Of a DNA stretch of 64,000 bases, positions 1 through 11,673 are shown piece by piece. Origin of the DNA: Octopus vulgaris (lineage: Eukaryota). The position numbers and the translations under genes are program-made. How positions within the stretch are numbered: position 1 is the stretch's first letter; each line of letters begins with the position of its first letter. The notes under the pieces were generated by a model that saw nothing but the letters and a program-made list of their open reading frames with translations, had not been told where the DNA came from and did no database searches. Where the stretch lies: contig OX597818.1 in NCBI GenBank assembly GCA_951406725.2, positions 90,458,001-90,522,000 of the forward strand, read 5' to 3'.

Positions 1-33
1 GTTGGTGGGGGTGCGGACAGACACAGAAAACGA

Positions 34-70
<37 letters not shown>

Positions 71-202
71 GAACGGGCTTCCTTCAGCTTTCGTCTACCA
101 AATCCACTCACAATGATTTGGTCGGCCCGGGGCTATAGTAGAAGACACTTGCCCAAAGTGCCACGCAGTGGGACTGAACCCGGATCATGTGCTTGGTAAG
201 CA
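1..202 (-). mobile_element. tRNA-derived CORE-like SINE (family S1), partial
   Basis: Reverse complement matches the full copy at 37033 (CCGGGTTCAGTCCCACTGCGTGGCAC.TTGGGCAAGTGTCTTCTACTATAGC). Confidence 0.85.
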
Positions 203-502
203 ATTATAAATTTCTTAAACAATCTCTTTCCTAAGTCAGCGCCTTCCAAGACATCCCCGGATTTTGTCACACCCTAGATATTGCCGCCTCAGGCGGTCGC
301 CTAGGGGTAGACCCGGACTTGTGTGTGTGCGTGTGTGTGTGCGCGCGTGCGCTGGTAATATATGTGTGTGCCTGAATGTGAGCACCCACGTATACGCACA
401 AATATACCTACACAAATGCACACACACACACACAAGTAAATACATATGTACATAAGTACATATATGTATGAATGTGTGCGTGTGTGCGTGTGTATATATA
501 TA

Positions 503-742
<240 letters not shown>

Positions 743-1150
743 TGTATACATTTGCATAAATATATACAAACATACACAGGCACACACACGAATATGAATA
801 CATATATATATAAACATGTTTATGTATACATATCACCGGCAAATTTTCGCTTACAAAATATAGATCGATCTGAAGCTGTAGCAGAAGACACTTACCCGAA
901 ATATCAAAGAGTGGAAGCGAACATGGAACAAGGTGATAAGGAAGTGAAATTTAGCTATGATAATGTCTAAAAATATCACTTATCAGCTCCCAGTAAAGGC
1001 AGGATTCACTGCAACCAATGACCTGTGAGCTAAACTCACACGCACTCACTAGCGCACGCATGCACACACACACATTCACACAAACACACATACACAAAAA
1101 AGCGCGGATGCACATTATATATGCATATGTCTATATATATGTATGAATGC

Positions 1151-1237
<87 letters not shown>

Positions 1238-1284
1238 CATACATACATACATATATATATATATGTATATACACATATATATAT

Positions 1285-1354
<70 letters not shown>

Positions 1355-2035
1355 TGTGAGTAGGGTGTTAAAAAAACAAGCGCTAAAATTCTGTAATTAC
1401 CGTGCGTATTTTTGGGACAATTATGGTCCCTGTTGGTGTATATGTTTTCATTCACGTACGTTTACTACAGCATTATAGCATTTTAGCTCTTATTTCTAGC
1501 AATATGGATGTTTTTTTACTCATTAGTCACATTTAGCAGTATACTTTCCCATAATCTAGCCGTTTGGCAAAAAGTAACCGATAGAAACAGCACTCGGCTT
1601 GATTTCTTCGACTAAACCAGGGTCCATATATAATTCTTGGGTGGTCCAGGCAAGCAAAACAGTGAATGAAGGTTCAATATTGATATTTTAAGGGTCTAAG
1701 AAAAGTTTTGATTTAAACGTACGCATTGAATCTATTAGCTATGTTTCTTTCTCGAACATTTTACATAGCTCAACCTATACAGGTGAATGAGTGAAAAGCA
1801 AAATAGTAGGTTTGAAAGAAGTAAGTATAAAATTAGATTTTAAAGCATCGAAAGACTATGGGGGGGGGGGGTCCATCAGAATAAAATAGTAAAGGAAAGG
1901 GTTCATAGATTAAAAATAAAATGTTTGGGTACCACTGGGTGAAAGTTTCAAGTCGGTGCCCCAGTATGGCCGCAGTCTAATGATTGAAACAAGTAAAAGT
2001 GCGTGTGTGTGCGCGCCTGAGTGTGTGTATGTAAG

Positions 2036-2094
<59 letters not shown>

Positions 2095-2267
2095 CTCTGT
2101 GTACATATACACATATATCAATACCTGCCTACATACATACATACTTACATATATATTTACACACACACACACACACATGCACACGCGCACACACATATGC
2201 AGACGTACGCACTAATTTACACACATATTTAAACCCATGCATTCATTTATATGCATGTTAAAATATT

Positions 2268-2480
2268 CTTTTCTACGCTAGGCACAAGGCCCGGAATTTT
2301 GAGGGAGAGGGCCAGTCCATGAGATCGACCCCAGTACACAGCTGGTACTTAATTTATCGACCCCGAAAAAATGAAAGCGAAGTCGACATCGGCTGAATTT
2401 GAACTCAGAACGTAAAGACAGACGAAATACTGTTAAATAATTCGTCCGGCGTGCTAATGCTTCTGCCAGCTCGCCGCCTT
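2268..2480 (-). mobile_element. tRNA-derived Nin/Deu-domain-like SINE (family S3)
   Basis: Reverse complement of GGCGAGCTGGCAGAA...GAGTTCAAATTC...TTTCAT..TTTCGGGGTCGATAAATTAAGTACCAG, also seen at 16814 and 52608. Confidence 0.85.
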
Positions 2481-3620
2481 ATACAGGTTAAAATATTAAT
2501 AGTGACACACCCTCTTCTCGCAGTTTTGTAATATATTTAAATTTTCTCAAAACCCACACATATACTTATACATACAGCATATATATATATATATGCACAG
2601 AGAGAGAGAGAGAGAGAGAAAGTGAAGGAGAGAGATAGATAGAGAGAGAGAAATAGAGTGTCGCTCACCTCATATTGTCAAAATCTTGATTGCTGAGGAC
2701 GAGTGAAAGAAACTTTTACTTCTGCTTGTCACGTCAAGTCTTCTCTCAGTTTTCCGAGCTCGTGTGTTCTTGTCTATATATATATATTTTTTGTCTTTAA
2801 GATTTATTTTTCCGTTTACTTCGCTCTGTAGACCTGCTTCACACAGACACTTTTGCCGACAGACAAGTTTGACCCAACATCGACTACGGAAAGTGTTACA
2901 AATGTATAATGAATCTATATATATATATATATATATATCAATATATCTATCTATCTATATATATATGCGTATGTATATATGTGTTTGTGTGTGTGTGTAT
3001 GTGTGTGTTCACTGAAGTTGGGGAAAAAGTGGGTGAGAGTAAGAGTTAAACGAAAAGCGGGAGTGTGGTGGCCAGCAAAGAGTAGAGGGAAGAGAAGCAG
3101 TAAAGAGGGAGATAGAAAGTAGATAAACAATTAAAAAAGGTGAGAGAGAAACCGACAGAGTGAGAGAGAGAAAGAGAGTAAGATAAGTAGAGAAAGAGAG
3201 AGAGAGAGTAAGAGAAGTAGAGAGAGAGAGAGAGAGAGAGCTAGTGATAAAGTTTACGGGAATCGCTGCACGCATGGACGGGCGCTTCCGCGCGCGAATT
3301 TGTCTGTTAATTGTCTACACTCGTATCTATGTGTGCGCGTGTTTGCGCAAGTTCATGTAATAATGTGTATGTTTGAGTTAATGCGTTTGTGTATATTTTA
3401 CAATAAGTGTGTGTCTCCGAATGGGAGAGCGTGTAATTTAGAATTCGTATGTTTGTGAATGTGTGAGAGCACGTAAGCTTATATATATATGTATGTGTGT
3501 GTGTGTGTATGTGTGTGTGTGTGCGTGCTAAGAAACGGCATTATAAGAAAAGCGACAAGTAAAACGGAGAAAAACTGTGGTACACAAAAGCAAACACACA
3601 AATGAATACACACACATATA

Positions 3621-3790
3621 GGCGCACAAGTGGCTGTGTGGTAAGTAGCTTGCTTACCAACCACATGGCTCCGGGTTCAGTCCCCACTGCGTGGCTCCTT
3701 TGGCAATTGTCTTCTACTATAGACTCTGGGCGACCAAAGCCTTGTGAGTAGATTTGGTAGACGGAAACAGAAAGATACCCGTCGTATATG
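3621..3790 (+). mobile_element. SINE S1, 5' part
   Basis: GGCGCA..GTGGCTGTGTGGTAAG (A-box-like), GGTTCAGTCCC (B-box-like), CORE-like CCTTTGGCAA. Confidence 0.85.
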
Positions 3791-3829
3791 TATATTATCA
3801 GTGTATTTGCAATTTTTTTTTACTTGCAT

Positions 3830-4080
3830 TAGTCATTTGAGAGCGGCCATCCTGGAGCACTGCTTTGAAGTGATTTTGTGGAACAATTCGAGTTGAGGAC
3901 TTATTTTTATGCCTAGTACTTATTCTAACGTTCTCTTTTTTGAACTACCAAGTTACGGGCACGTGAACACAACGCCACCGGTTGTTAAGCGATGGTGGCG
4001 CGGGTGACAAATAGAGACACAAAAACACGCACAAAGACATACACACACACACGCAGCCCCCCCACACACACAGACAGACA

Positions 4081-4162
<82 letters not shown>

Positions 4163-4320
4163 CGACAGGCTTCATTAAGTTTCCAACTGACAAATACATT
4201 TATATGGTTTTGATTGGCCCGAGGTTGTAGTAGAAGACACTTACCTAAGGCGCCACGCAGTGGGACTGAACCTGGAGCCATTTGGTTGGGAGGCAAGCTT
4301 CATACCACACAGCCACGCTT
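3830..4320 (-). mobile_element. SINE S1, near full length with internal microsatellite
   Basis: Reverse complement aligns by eye with 37033-37458 from head to tail. Confidence 0.85.
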
Positions 4321-4427
4321 GTATATATATAAATATATATATATAGGGAGAATTCAAAATCAAAAGACGAAGGCAGGTGGTCTAGACAACAGATGTATTA
4401 GTATAACGCTCGGGAAGTGAAAAAAGG

Positions 4428-4463
4428 CTTTAACGTTTCGAGCCTATGCTCTTCCACAGAAAG
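4428..4463 (-). ncRNA. Minimal type I hammerhead-like motif, A6U core variant
   Basis: Minus strand: CUUU CUGUGGA A GAGC auag GCUC GAAA CG UU AAAG. Confidence 0.55.
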
Positions 4464-4575
4464 GAACACTGAAAGAAACAAGGAGAGAAAAGTGTTGTCT
4501 CTAACGACCTATCATGGCGAAGGCCGGACAGAAGGGTCACACAGGAGAGCTAGGGAGAAGGGAAGGTGCACTTGC

Positions 4576-4612
<37 letters not shown>

Positions 4613-4654
4613 GAGAGAGAGAGAGAGAGAGAGAGTGAGAGAGAGAGAGAGATT

Positions 4655-4932
4655 GTGACTTAGTTGTTAAAATATTTGGTTCATGATCGCGAGTTCGATT
4701 CCCGGCGGCGTGTTGCCTCCTTGAGGAGTCCACTCAGCTAGTAAAAATTAATTGTTCTTGTAATTCAAAGGGCCAGCCTTGATACATTCTGTGTCACGCT
4801 GAATCTCTTTGAGAACTATGCTACGGATACGGGTGTCTGTGGAGTACTCTTGTCACTTAATTTCACGAGTGAAGCTGTTCCGCTGATCGTATGAACTGCA
4901 ATATTCATCGCGGTAACCGATGGAGTGCCAGT
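4655..4932 (+). mobile_element. tRNA-derived SINE (family S2)
   Basis: GAGTTCGATTCCCGGCGG B-box head and body shared with 26325-26650. Confidence 0.8.
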
Positions 4933-4938
4933 TATATG

Positions 4939-4993
<55 letters not shown>

Positions 4994-5441
4994 CAGAGAG
5001 AGAAAGAGAGAGATACACACAATTTAGTCGAAGAAATCGACTCCTGCAGTAATTAGCTTTTAGAGTGTGATACTTATTCCAGTGATCTCTTTCGCTGAAC
5101 CGATAAGAAAACAACCAAGACCAATTGTCAAACGGTGGTGGTGATCAAACATACATATAAATGACACCCACTACACACACACACACATACACGCACACTC
5201 ATTCACGCACATATATACACATATATATCTTCATATACATACATACATACATACATACATACATACATACATACATACATACATACATACATACATGCAT
5301 ATAAATATATACAAGCAAAAATTTAGATTCAGATGAATATGGTGCTTAAGTTGAGGCACCAGAATTTAGTACAGTATTATCCATACAATTTCAAAATAAG
5401 GTGATTAAAATCAAAATAAGCAACAGGGATAACCAAAGGTA

Positions 5442-5529
5442 ATGCAGTACGATCGTTTCAAGCAACTTCATTTAATTGAACAATGCAATCATTACATCAA
5501 TTTAAATGCAGAGCAATTCTCAGCTGCAT
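5442..5529 (-). ncRNA. Type I hammerhead-like motif with long stem II (G8A), inside an inverted repeat
   Basis: Minus strand: AUGCAG CUGAGAA ... GAAA CGAUCG UA CUGCAU, with a 6-bp stem I and palindromic stem III. A partial inverted copy follows at about 5530-5585. Confidence 0.6.
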
Positions 5530-5612
5530 AAATGGAGTTGCTTGAAACGATCGTACTGCATTACCTCTGGACATCCTTGTTGCTTTTTTCTCTCCTTGTT
5601 TTTTCTGTGTCC

Positions 5613-5648
5613 CTTTCTGTAGAAGAGCGTAGGCTCGAAACGTAAAAG
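5613..5648 (+). ncRNA. Minimal type I hammerhead-like motif, A6U core variant
   Basis: CUUU CUGUAGA A GAGC guag GCUC GAAA CG UA AAAG. Confidence 0.6.
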
Positions 5649-6123
5649 ACTTTTTCAATTCCTGAGCGTTATACTAATACATCTGTTTGTTTTGTACACC
5701 ACCTGTCTTCGTCTTTTGTTTTTTCGTGAACTCTCCTTGTATGTATATATATATATATATATATATATCGAGAGAGAGAGATTGATCGATAAATAGCTAG
5801 ATAGATAAATAGAAAGAAAGATAGATAGTTACACATATACGATTGTCTTCTTTCAGTTTCCGCCTTCTAAATCCATTTAGAAGCCATTAGATAACCCGGA
5901 GCTATAATAGAATACACATAGCCAAGTTTATATAATAACCAGAAATGAGTCTGATAAAGGTAGCATTAATTTTCTCTGGTCATTCAATTTACCTCAGTTG
6001 ATCAATAGACCAAATGAATAAACATATCAATAATTTGACTATAAAGTCTACTGGATACAGCTGTAACCCAATTTGGTCCAAATATGGAAAAATATGCAAC
6101 AACCGTTATTTTAAATTGTTTCT

Positions 6124-6177
<54 letters not shown>

Positions 6178-6184
6178 CCTGCTT

Positions 6185-6222
<38 letters not shown>

Positions 6223-6306
6223 GGTATGTAGAAAAATACAACATGGACAAGAACGTATAGCTCTTAGAAGACGACACAATAAACACGGACAGGACATTCG
6301 AAACCC

Positions 6307-6369
6307 TCAGTCTTCAGTCAAGAACCGGATCATCGTAGTAATTTCGGCTGATTAATCTTGAGATTACTA
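6307..6369 (-). ncRNA. Hammerhead-like motif with non-nested strand order (family A, copy 1)
   Basis: Minus strand: UAGUAA-UC-UCAAGA uuaa UCAGcc-GAAA-UUACUA cgaugauccggu UCUUGA-CUGAAGA-CUGA. Stem III 7 bp, stem I 6 bp, stem II 4 bp with a CC bulge. Confidence 0.7.
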
Positions 6370-7163
6370 GATCACGGCCAGCCCTCCAAGAAAAACCAAG
6401 CAACAAGCATTAGAAAAACTAAGCTGGAAGCGTAGATTTCCTGGAAGAAGGATCGAATGCATACGAACACCAGGACAGCAAAAGGGACAGATATAAAAAA
6501 ACAAAAAACAATAATGGAATACAGAAACATGAAATACAGAAGCATTAACGGTGAAAACAACAGTGTCTTACGACTGATAACAAGCAAACAAATTTTTTCT
6601 CTGGCGCAATGGAAAAAGCCTTTATAGTGGCGGACGAAAACAGCGATGTTAACAAGACAAGGGTCAGAAGCTGAAAGGCAGATTTCGGCCAACAGTCACG
6701 TGACAGAGAAGAGGGAAAAGAAAAGAAAGAGAAGCAAAGGAAGAGAGAGAGAGAGGAGAGAGAGAGAGGAGGGACAAACGCAACAAAGAGAGAGAAGAGA
6801 GAGAAAGAAGGAATCAGAGAGGAGAAGGGATGGGTGTCGAAGAATGACCTGTGAGTGCAGAGCGAGACAAAGAAATAGGAGGGTAGTGGAAGACTAGACC
6901 AAAGAATCAGAGGAAAGAGAAGAGAAAAAGAGGATGAGTAGAGAGAAAAGAGAGAGAGGGGGACAGATCAAGTAAAAATGAGAGAGAGAGAGAGACAAAC
7001 AGAGAGTCGTACCAATTATTAAGAATATGTGCTCACATAAATGTTAAGGGGGGTACGGGGCGCCTGGAATATATGTTAAGGTATGTAGAAAAATACAACA
7101 TGGACAAGAACGTATAACTCTTAGAAGACGACACAATAAACACGGACAGGACATTCGAAACCC

Positions 7164-7226
7164 TCAGTCTTCAGTCAAGAACCGGATCATCGTAGTAATT
7201 TCGGCTGATTAATCTTGAGATTACTA
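7164..7226 (-). ncRNA. Non-nested hammerhead-like motif (family A, copy 2)
   Basis: Same sequence as 6307-6369. Confidence 0.7.
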
Positions 7227-8022
7227 GATCACGGCCAGCCCTCCAAGAAAAACCAAGCAACAAGCATTAGAAAAACTAAGCTGGAAGCGTAGATTTCCTG
7301 GAAGAAGGATCGAATGCATACGAACACCAGGACAGCAAAAGGGACAGATATAAAAAAACAAAAAACAATAATGGAATACAGAAACATGAAATACAGAAGC
7401 ATTAACGGTGAAAACAACAGTGTCTTACGACTGATAACAAGCAAACAAATTTTTTCTCTGGCGCAATGGAAAAAGCCTTTATAGTGGCGGACGAAAACAG
7501 CGATGTTAACAAGACGAGGGTCAGAAGCTGAAAGGCAGATTTCGGCCAACAGTCACGTGACAGAGAAGAGGGAAAAGAAAAGAAAGGGAAGCAAAGGGAA
7601 GAGAGAGAGAGAGGAGAGAGAGAGAGGAGGGACAAACGCAACAAAGAGAGAGAAGAGAGAGAAAGAAGGAATCAGAGAGGAGAAGGGATGGGTGTCGAAG
7701 AATGACCTGTGAGTGCAGAGCGAGACAAAGAAATAGGAGGGTAGTGGAAGACTAGACCAAAGAATCAGAGGAAAGAGAAGAGAAAAAGAGGATGAGTAGA
7801 GAGAAAAGAGAGAGAGAGGGGGACAGATCAAGTAAAAATGAGAGAGAGAGAGAGACAAACAGAGAGTCGTACCAATTATTAAGAATATGTGCTCACATAA
7901 ATGTTAAGGGGGTACGGGGCGCCTGGAATATATGTTAAGGTATGTAGAAAAATACAACATGGACAAGAACGTATAACTCTTAGAAGACGACACAATAAAC
8001 ACGGACAGGACATTCGAAACCC

Positions 8023-8085
8023 TCAGTCTTCAGTCAAGAACCGGATCATCGTAGTAATTTCGGCTGATTAATCTTGAGATTACTA
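8023..8085 (-). ncRNA. Non-nested hammerhead-like motif (family A, copy 3)
   Basis: Same sequence as 6307-6369. Confidence 0.7.
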
Positions 8086-8197
8086 GATCACGGCCAGCCC
8101 TCCAAGAAAAACCAAGCAACAAGCATTAGAAAAACTAAGCTGGAAGCGTAGATTTCCTGGAAGAAGGATCGAATGCATACGAACACCATACACCAAA

Positions 8198-8231
<34 letters not shown>

Positions 8232-8241
<10 letters not shown>

Positions 8242-9716
8242 TAAATTAGAGATAAAACCACTATTAGGCAAATCAAACAATGAAAAACATAAAATACATA
8301 AAATTAATTTACAATTTGAAGATCTTAAATATAAATAAATACATAAACAACGATATTTACATAAGGAAAATATTATTACACCAAAGACTTATACAATATT
8401 AAAATTTACAATTTGAATTTCTTAAATATAAATAAATACTTATCTTAGCGAGGTTTAGTAAACCTCGCTAAGATAAGTATTTATTTATATTTAAGAAATT
8501 CAAATTGTAAATTTTAATATTGTATAAGTCTTTGGTGTAATAATATTTTCCTTATGTAAATATCGTTGTTTATGTAATGATCTAATTATCGTAATTTTCT
8601 ATATTATTAGATATTAAATTTAAGATTATTCGTAAGATACTACTTAGCGATAGATTTGTTGTTTGATAGCAAGTATACGAGGTGTATAAAGCTAGGCTTT
8701 TGTATATACATGTTTTAATAGTATTAATTGTAGTTTTAAATTTCTTATAATTAAATTAGATAAACTTTGATAAACTTAGATATGTTTCGACTAAAGATTG
8801 GTCCAGGCCATGTCTAATTTAATAGCATAACTTAGTTATTGTTTTTTTAAATTGATATTCGCTAGTTATTCCCATTGATAATTATATTTATAGTATTTAT
8901 AGTATTTATTCGATACTATATTACTACGAATTGATTATTTCTAAAAGTATTTTACATAAGATTTCCGAAAGTTCGTTTAAGTTTGTTTACTTGTATTTTG
9001 AAATTAGCTATTTCATCTTTAAATATGAAAAATTAATTTATTAGGTTTTTATTATATGTGCATATATATTTATTTATAGAGATTATTTTAGATCTTAATT
9101 ATAATATTTATATACATTTATATATTTTCATTGATAATTTATATATAATAGTCATTTTTAAATATTTATGTAATTAGATATAGATTAATACCGATATTAG
9201 ATTATTGGTGGGTTTCCTACCTTATAAATTACAATTAATATTTAACATTATAGTCGATTTTGATATAATCATAATTGTTAAGTTTTATGTTTCTAGTTTG
9301 ATAATAGAGTTTATTATAAGTAAAATTATTATATTATTTATATTTTTAAAATATTGTTTAAATATTTCTGATTATTTTTTAGCTATTTCAATTAACCTGA
9401 AGATTGACTGTAACCATAACTCGAATTATTAATTCAATTTAAATTATTGTTATTCGAATTGTACAGCCATGAAACGATCGTAGTGTTTTACTCTTTATCT
9501 TTTATTAAACTTTTAATACTTTTGATATATATTTAAAATAATTTAAATTAAATTAATTTTATGTATTGGCTTATGTTTTTCATTGTTTGATTTGCCTAAT
9601 AGTGGTTTTTATCTCTAATTTAATATAATATATAATATATTTATACTATAAAATTGGATTTAATCCTAAATCTGATTTTTCCCTGTAAGTTTGGATTTAT
9701 TCCCTAATATTTTATT

Positions 9717-9720
<4 letters not shown>
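8232..9720 (+). mobile_element. AT-rich (TA)n-embedded element with inverted terminal segment, internal palindrome and type I HHR (Penelope-like non-autonomous)
   Basis: About 8232-8290 is the reverse complement of about 9570-9632. A hairpin with arms of about 118 bp is centred near 8458. HHR at 9395-9484. Confidence 0.7.
9395..9484 (+). ncRNA. Type I hammerhead motif with long stem II
   Basis: AC CUGAAGA u UGACUGUA...UACAGCCA u GAAA CGAUCG UA GU. Palindromic stem III, short stem I. Confidence 0.6.
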
Positions 9721-9753
<33 letters not shown>

Positions 9754-10114
9754 GTAGATTCAGTGGAAATATACCCCAACCGTCGATGACACCGGGTAGC
9801 CAAAACTGTGAACGTGCTTTACTCAACGCACTAATTGACATATACCCATATCAGTCCCAAAAATTACGTTACATATAAATATGTATCTAATCCAAATAAT
9901 AAGAGGACAAAGAAATTCTTTAACACATCTCTAAGGAATTTCTTTGTCTTATTATCTAGATTATAATCAACTCTTCGCCAAGCCAACATTACAGCGTGGC
10001 CATCGTCCAGGATTTTCAACACTAGAAGTTTCTGGCATTAGTTTGGTACCCGACAATGATGAACCCTCGAGATTCTGGTTGAGTGTTTCCCTCGATATAG
10101 TCTACCAGGACCTA

Positions 10115-10169
<55 letters not shown>

Positions 10170-10279
10170 TATAGCCTTTTTCTAACTACTGGTTCAGTTC
10201 CTCTGCGTAGCAACTTGGCTAAGTGTCGTCAACAACAGCCTCTGTCCGATTACTGTCTTGTAAATTTAGCATTCATAGT

Positions 10280-10600
10280 AATTTTTCTATCGTCTTGACT
10301 TACCTGTCCTGACCGTTTGTTCTTACTGTCTTGTTCTCACTGTCCTGTTCTTGTTACCACTTTCACCCTCCGCATAAAATCCCAAATTTTATTTAATTTG
10401 CTTTGCGGGAAGAACTGTTACAACGATCTCGCGTATTGTCCTTACCTTTGAAAAGTTGAGTAGATGAAACAGGGACAACTGATGAAGAGGAATATTCTTT
10501 ATGTTGCATGTCTAGTTTCTCTGTTTGTTTTTTTCGTTGTTCGAAAAAAAGTTCCTTTTCTATGTTTTTTTTTATTCCTGTACCCATATATGCATGTGTA
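10280..10600 (+). mobile_element. HHR family B element
   Basis: Similar by eye to the reverse complement of 41556-41925 and to 35700-35955 (CCCTCC..AAATTTTATT upstream, GAGTAGATG linker, CCTGTACCCATATATGCA tail running into TA repeats). Confidence 0.75.
10428..10490 (+). ncRNA. Non-nested hammerhead-like motif (family B)
   Basis: CUCGCG-UA-UUGUCCUU a CCUUU-GAAA-AGUUGAG uagaugaaac AGGGACAA-CUGAUGA-AGAGG. Stem I 8 bp, stem II 5 bp, stem III partly decayed. Confidence 0.7.
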
Positions 10601-10701
10601 TATATACATATATATGTAGGTATATACATATATGTATATATGCATATATTTATATATTATTTATATTATCTTATATTATTTTATATTATATTATATTATA
10701 T

Positions 10702-10783
<82 letters not shown>

Positions 10784-11094
10784 ATGTATATATATAAGTA
10801 TATAAGCAAGTAGGTTAGAAAAGTAACACTTAACATACATGGAATTGTATTTAAGAAAAGATGATTTAGCACTTTGTTTCATGAAGTTGCATGGGAACAG
10901 AACGTATTCACATCGTCAGATACACGGCGTCATTGTCCGGACGATGTAGCACAAGAGTCTAATCTTATGGAACTTTAAATAATATGAGGTGGAATCATAC
11001 TCTTAGGAATGCAACTCCAACGAAATGTGTCAAGTGCTACTTTCTTTCGTTGTTCACCTACTCACTTACATACATAAATACATAATACATACAA

Positions 11095-11163
<69 letters not shown>

Positions 11164-11284
11164 CACGTATATAAATTATCTGTATAAAAACTTCGTTGGA
11201 AATAGATGTGTCGCGTTCAATTAAATAACAAATAGTAAATAATGTATAATATATAATATATATACGCACCCACATGCACACACA

Positions 11285-11600
11285 TGCATAAATGGGAGCA
11301 GGACATCACAGACTGTGCAAATAACATGAAATACGTAAACGACGAGGGAAAAAAATGGAAAAGCGGACAATTAAGCATAGAAAAAGCACCTTTCATTAGT
11401 TGTCGGTTTTTTATCTACTCCTGATTTGAATGTTCGAAATGAGGAGCAGATAGACAGCCGACAACTGATGAAGGGTCCTTTCTTTGTGTTTACTTGTCCT
11501 GTTTTTCATTTTTTACTCGTTGCTTACGTATTTAAATCGTTTGTTTACGTATTTCATGTTATTTGCACCGTTGGTGATGTCCTGTATCCATATATGCATG
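11285..11600. mobile_element. Inverted pair of family B 3' halves
   Basis: 11300-11420 is a diverged reverse complement of 11445-11585. The right arm keeps GAAA..GAG.AGAT...GACAA CTGATGA AGGG but lacks the NUH strand. Confidence 0.7.
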
Positions 11601-11622
11601 TGTACATATATATATATATATG

Positions 11623-11673
<51 letters not shown>

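Larger units (their letters stand above)
6219..8188 (-). mobile_element. Head-to-tail array (about 2.3 units of 857-859 bp) of non-coding HHR family A element, Penelope pLTR/retrozyme-like
   Basis: TTAAGGTATGTAGAAAAATACAAC recurs at about 6219, 7076 and 7935. Units are nearly identical, abut (TA)n, have no credible ORF and carry one HHR motif each. Confidence 0.9.

Noticed and set aside
2690-2765. CTGAGGA...GAAA as a hammerhead
   Set aside because: No consistent stems I-III in either strand order.
6295-6390. Twister or HDV-like fold for the family A motif
   Set aside because: UAA, GAGGG and a pseudoknot are suggestive, but the twister T1/T2 pairings and HDV P3/P1.1 could not be assigned. 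The hammerhead assignment explains more nucleotides.
6372-6692. 106-aa hydrophobic ORF repeated in family A units
   Set aside because: It has a non-ATG start, arises from T-rich composition, and its frame changes in the 54.5 kb copy because of indels.
10445-10490. Ordinary type II hammerhead reading of GAAA...CUGAUGA
   Set aside because: No stem I hairpin or NUH lies in register between the two motifs; the stem I partner lies upstream of GAAA.
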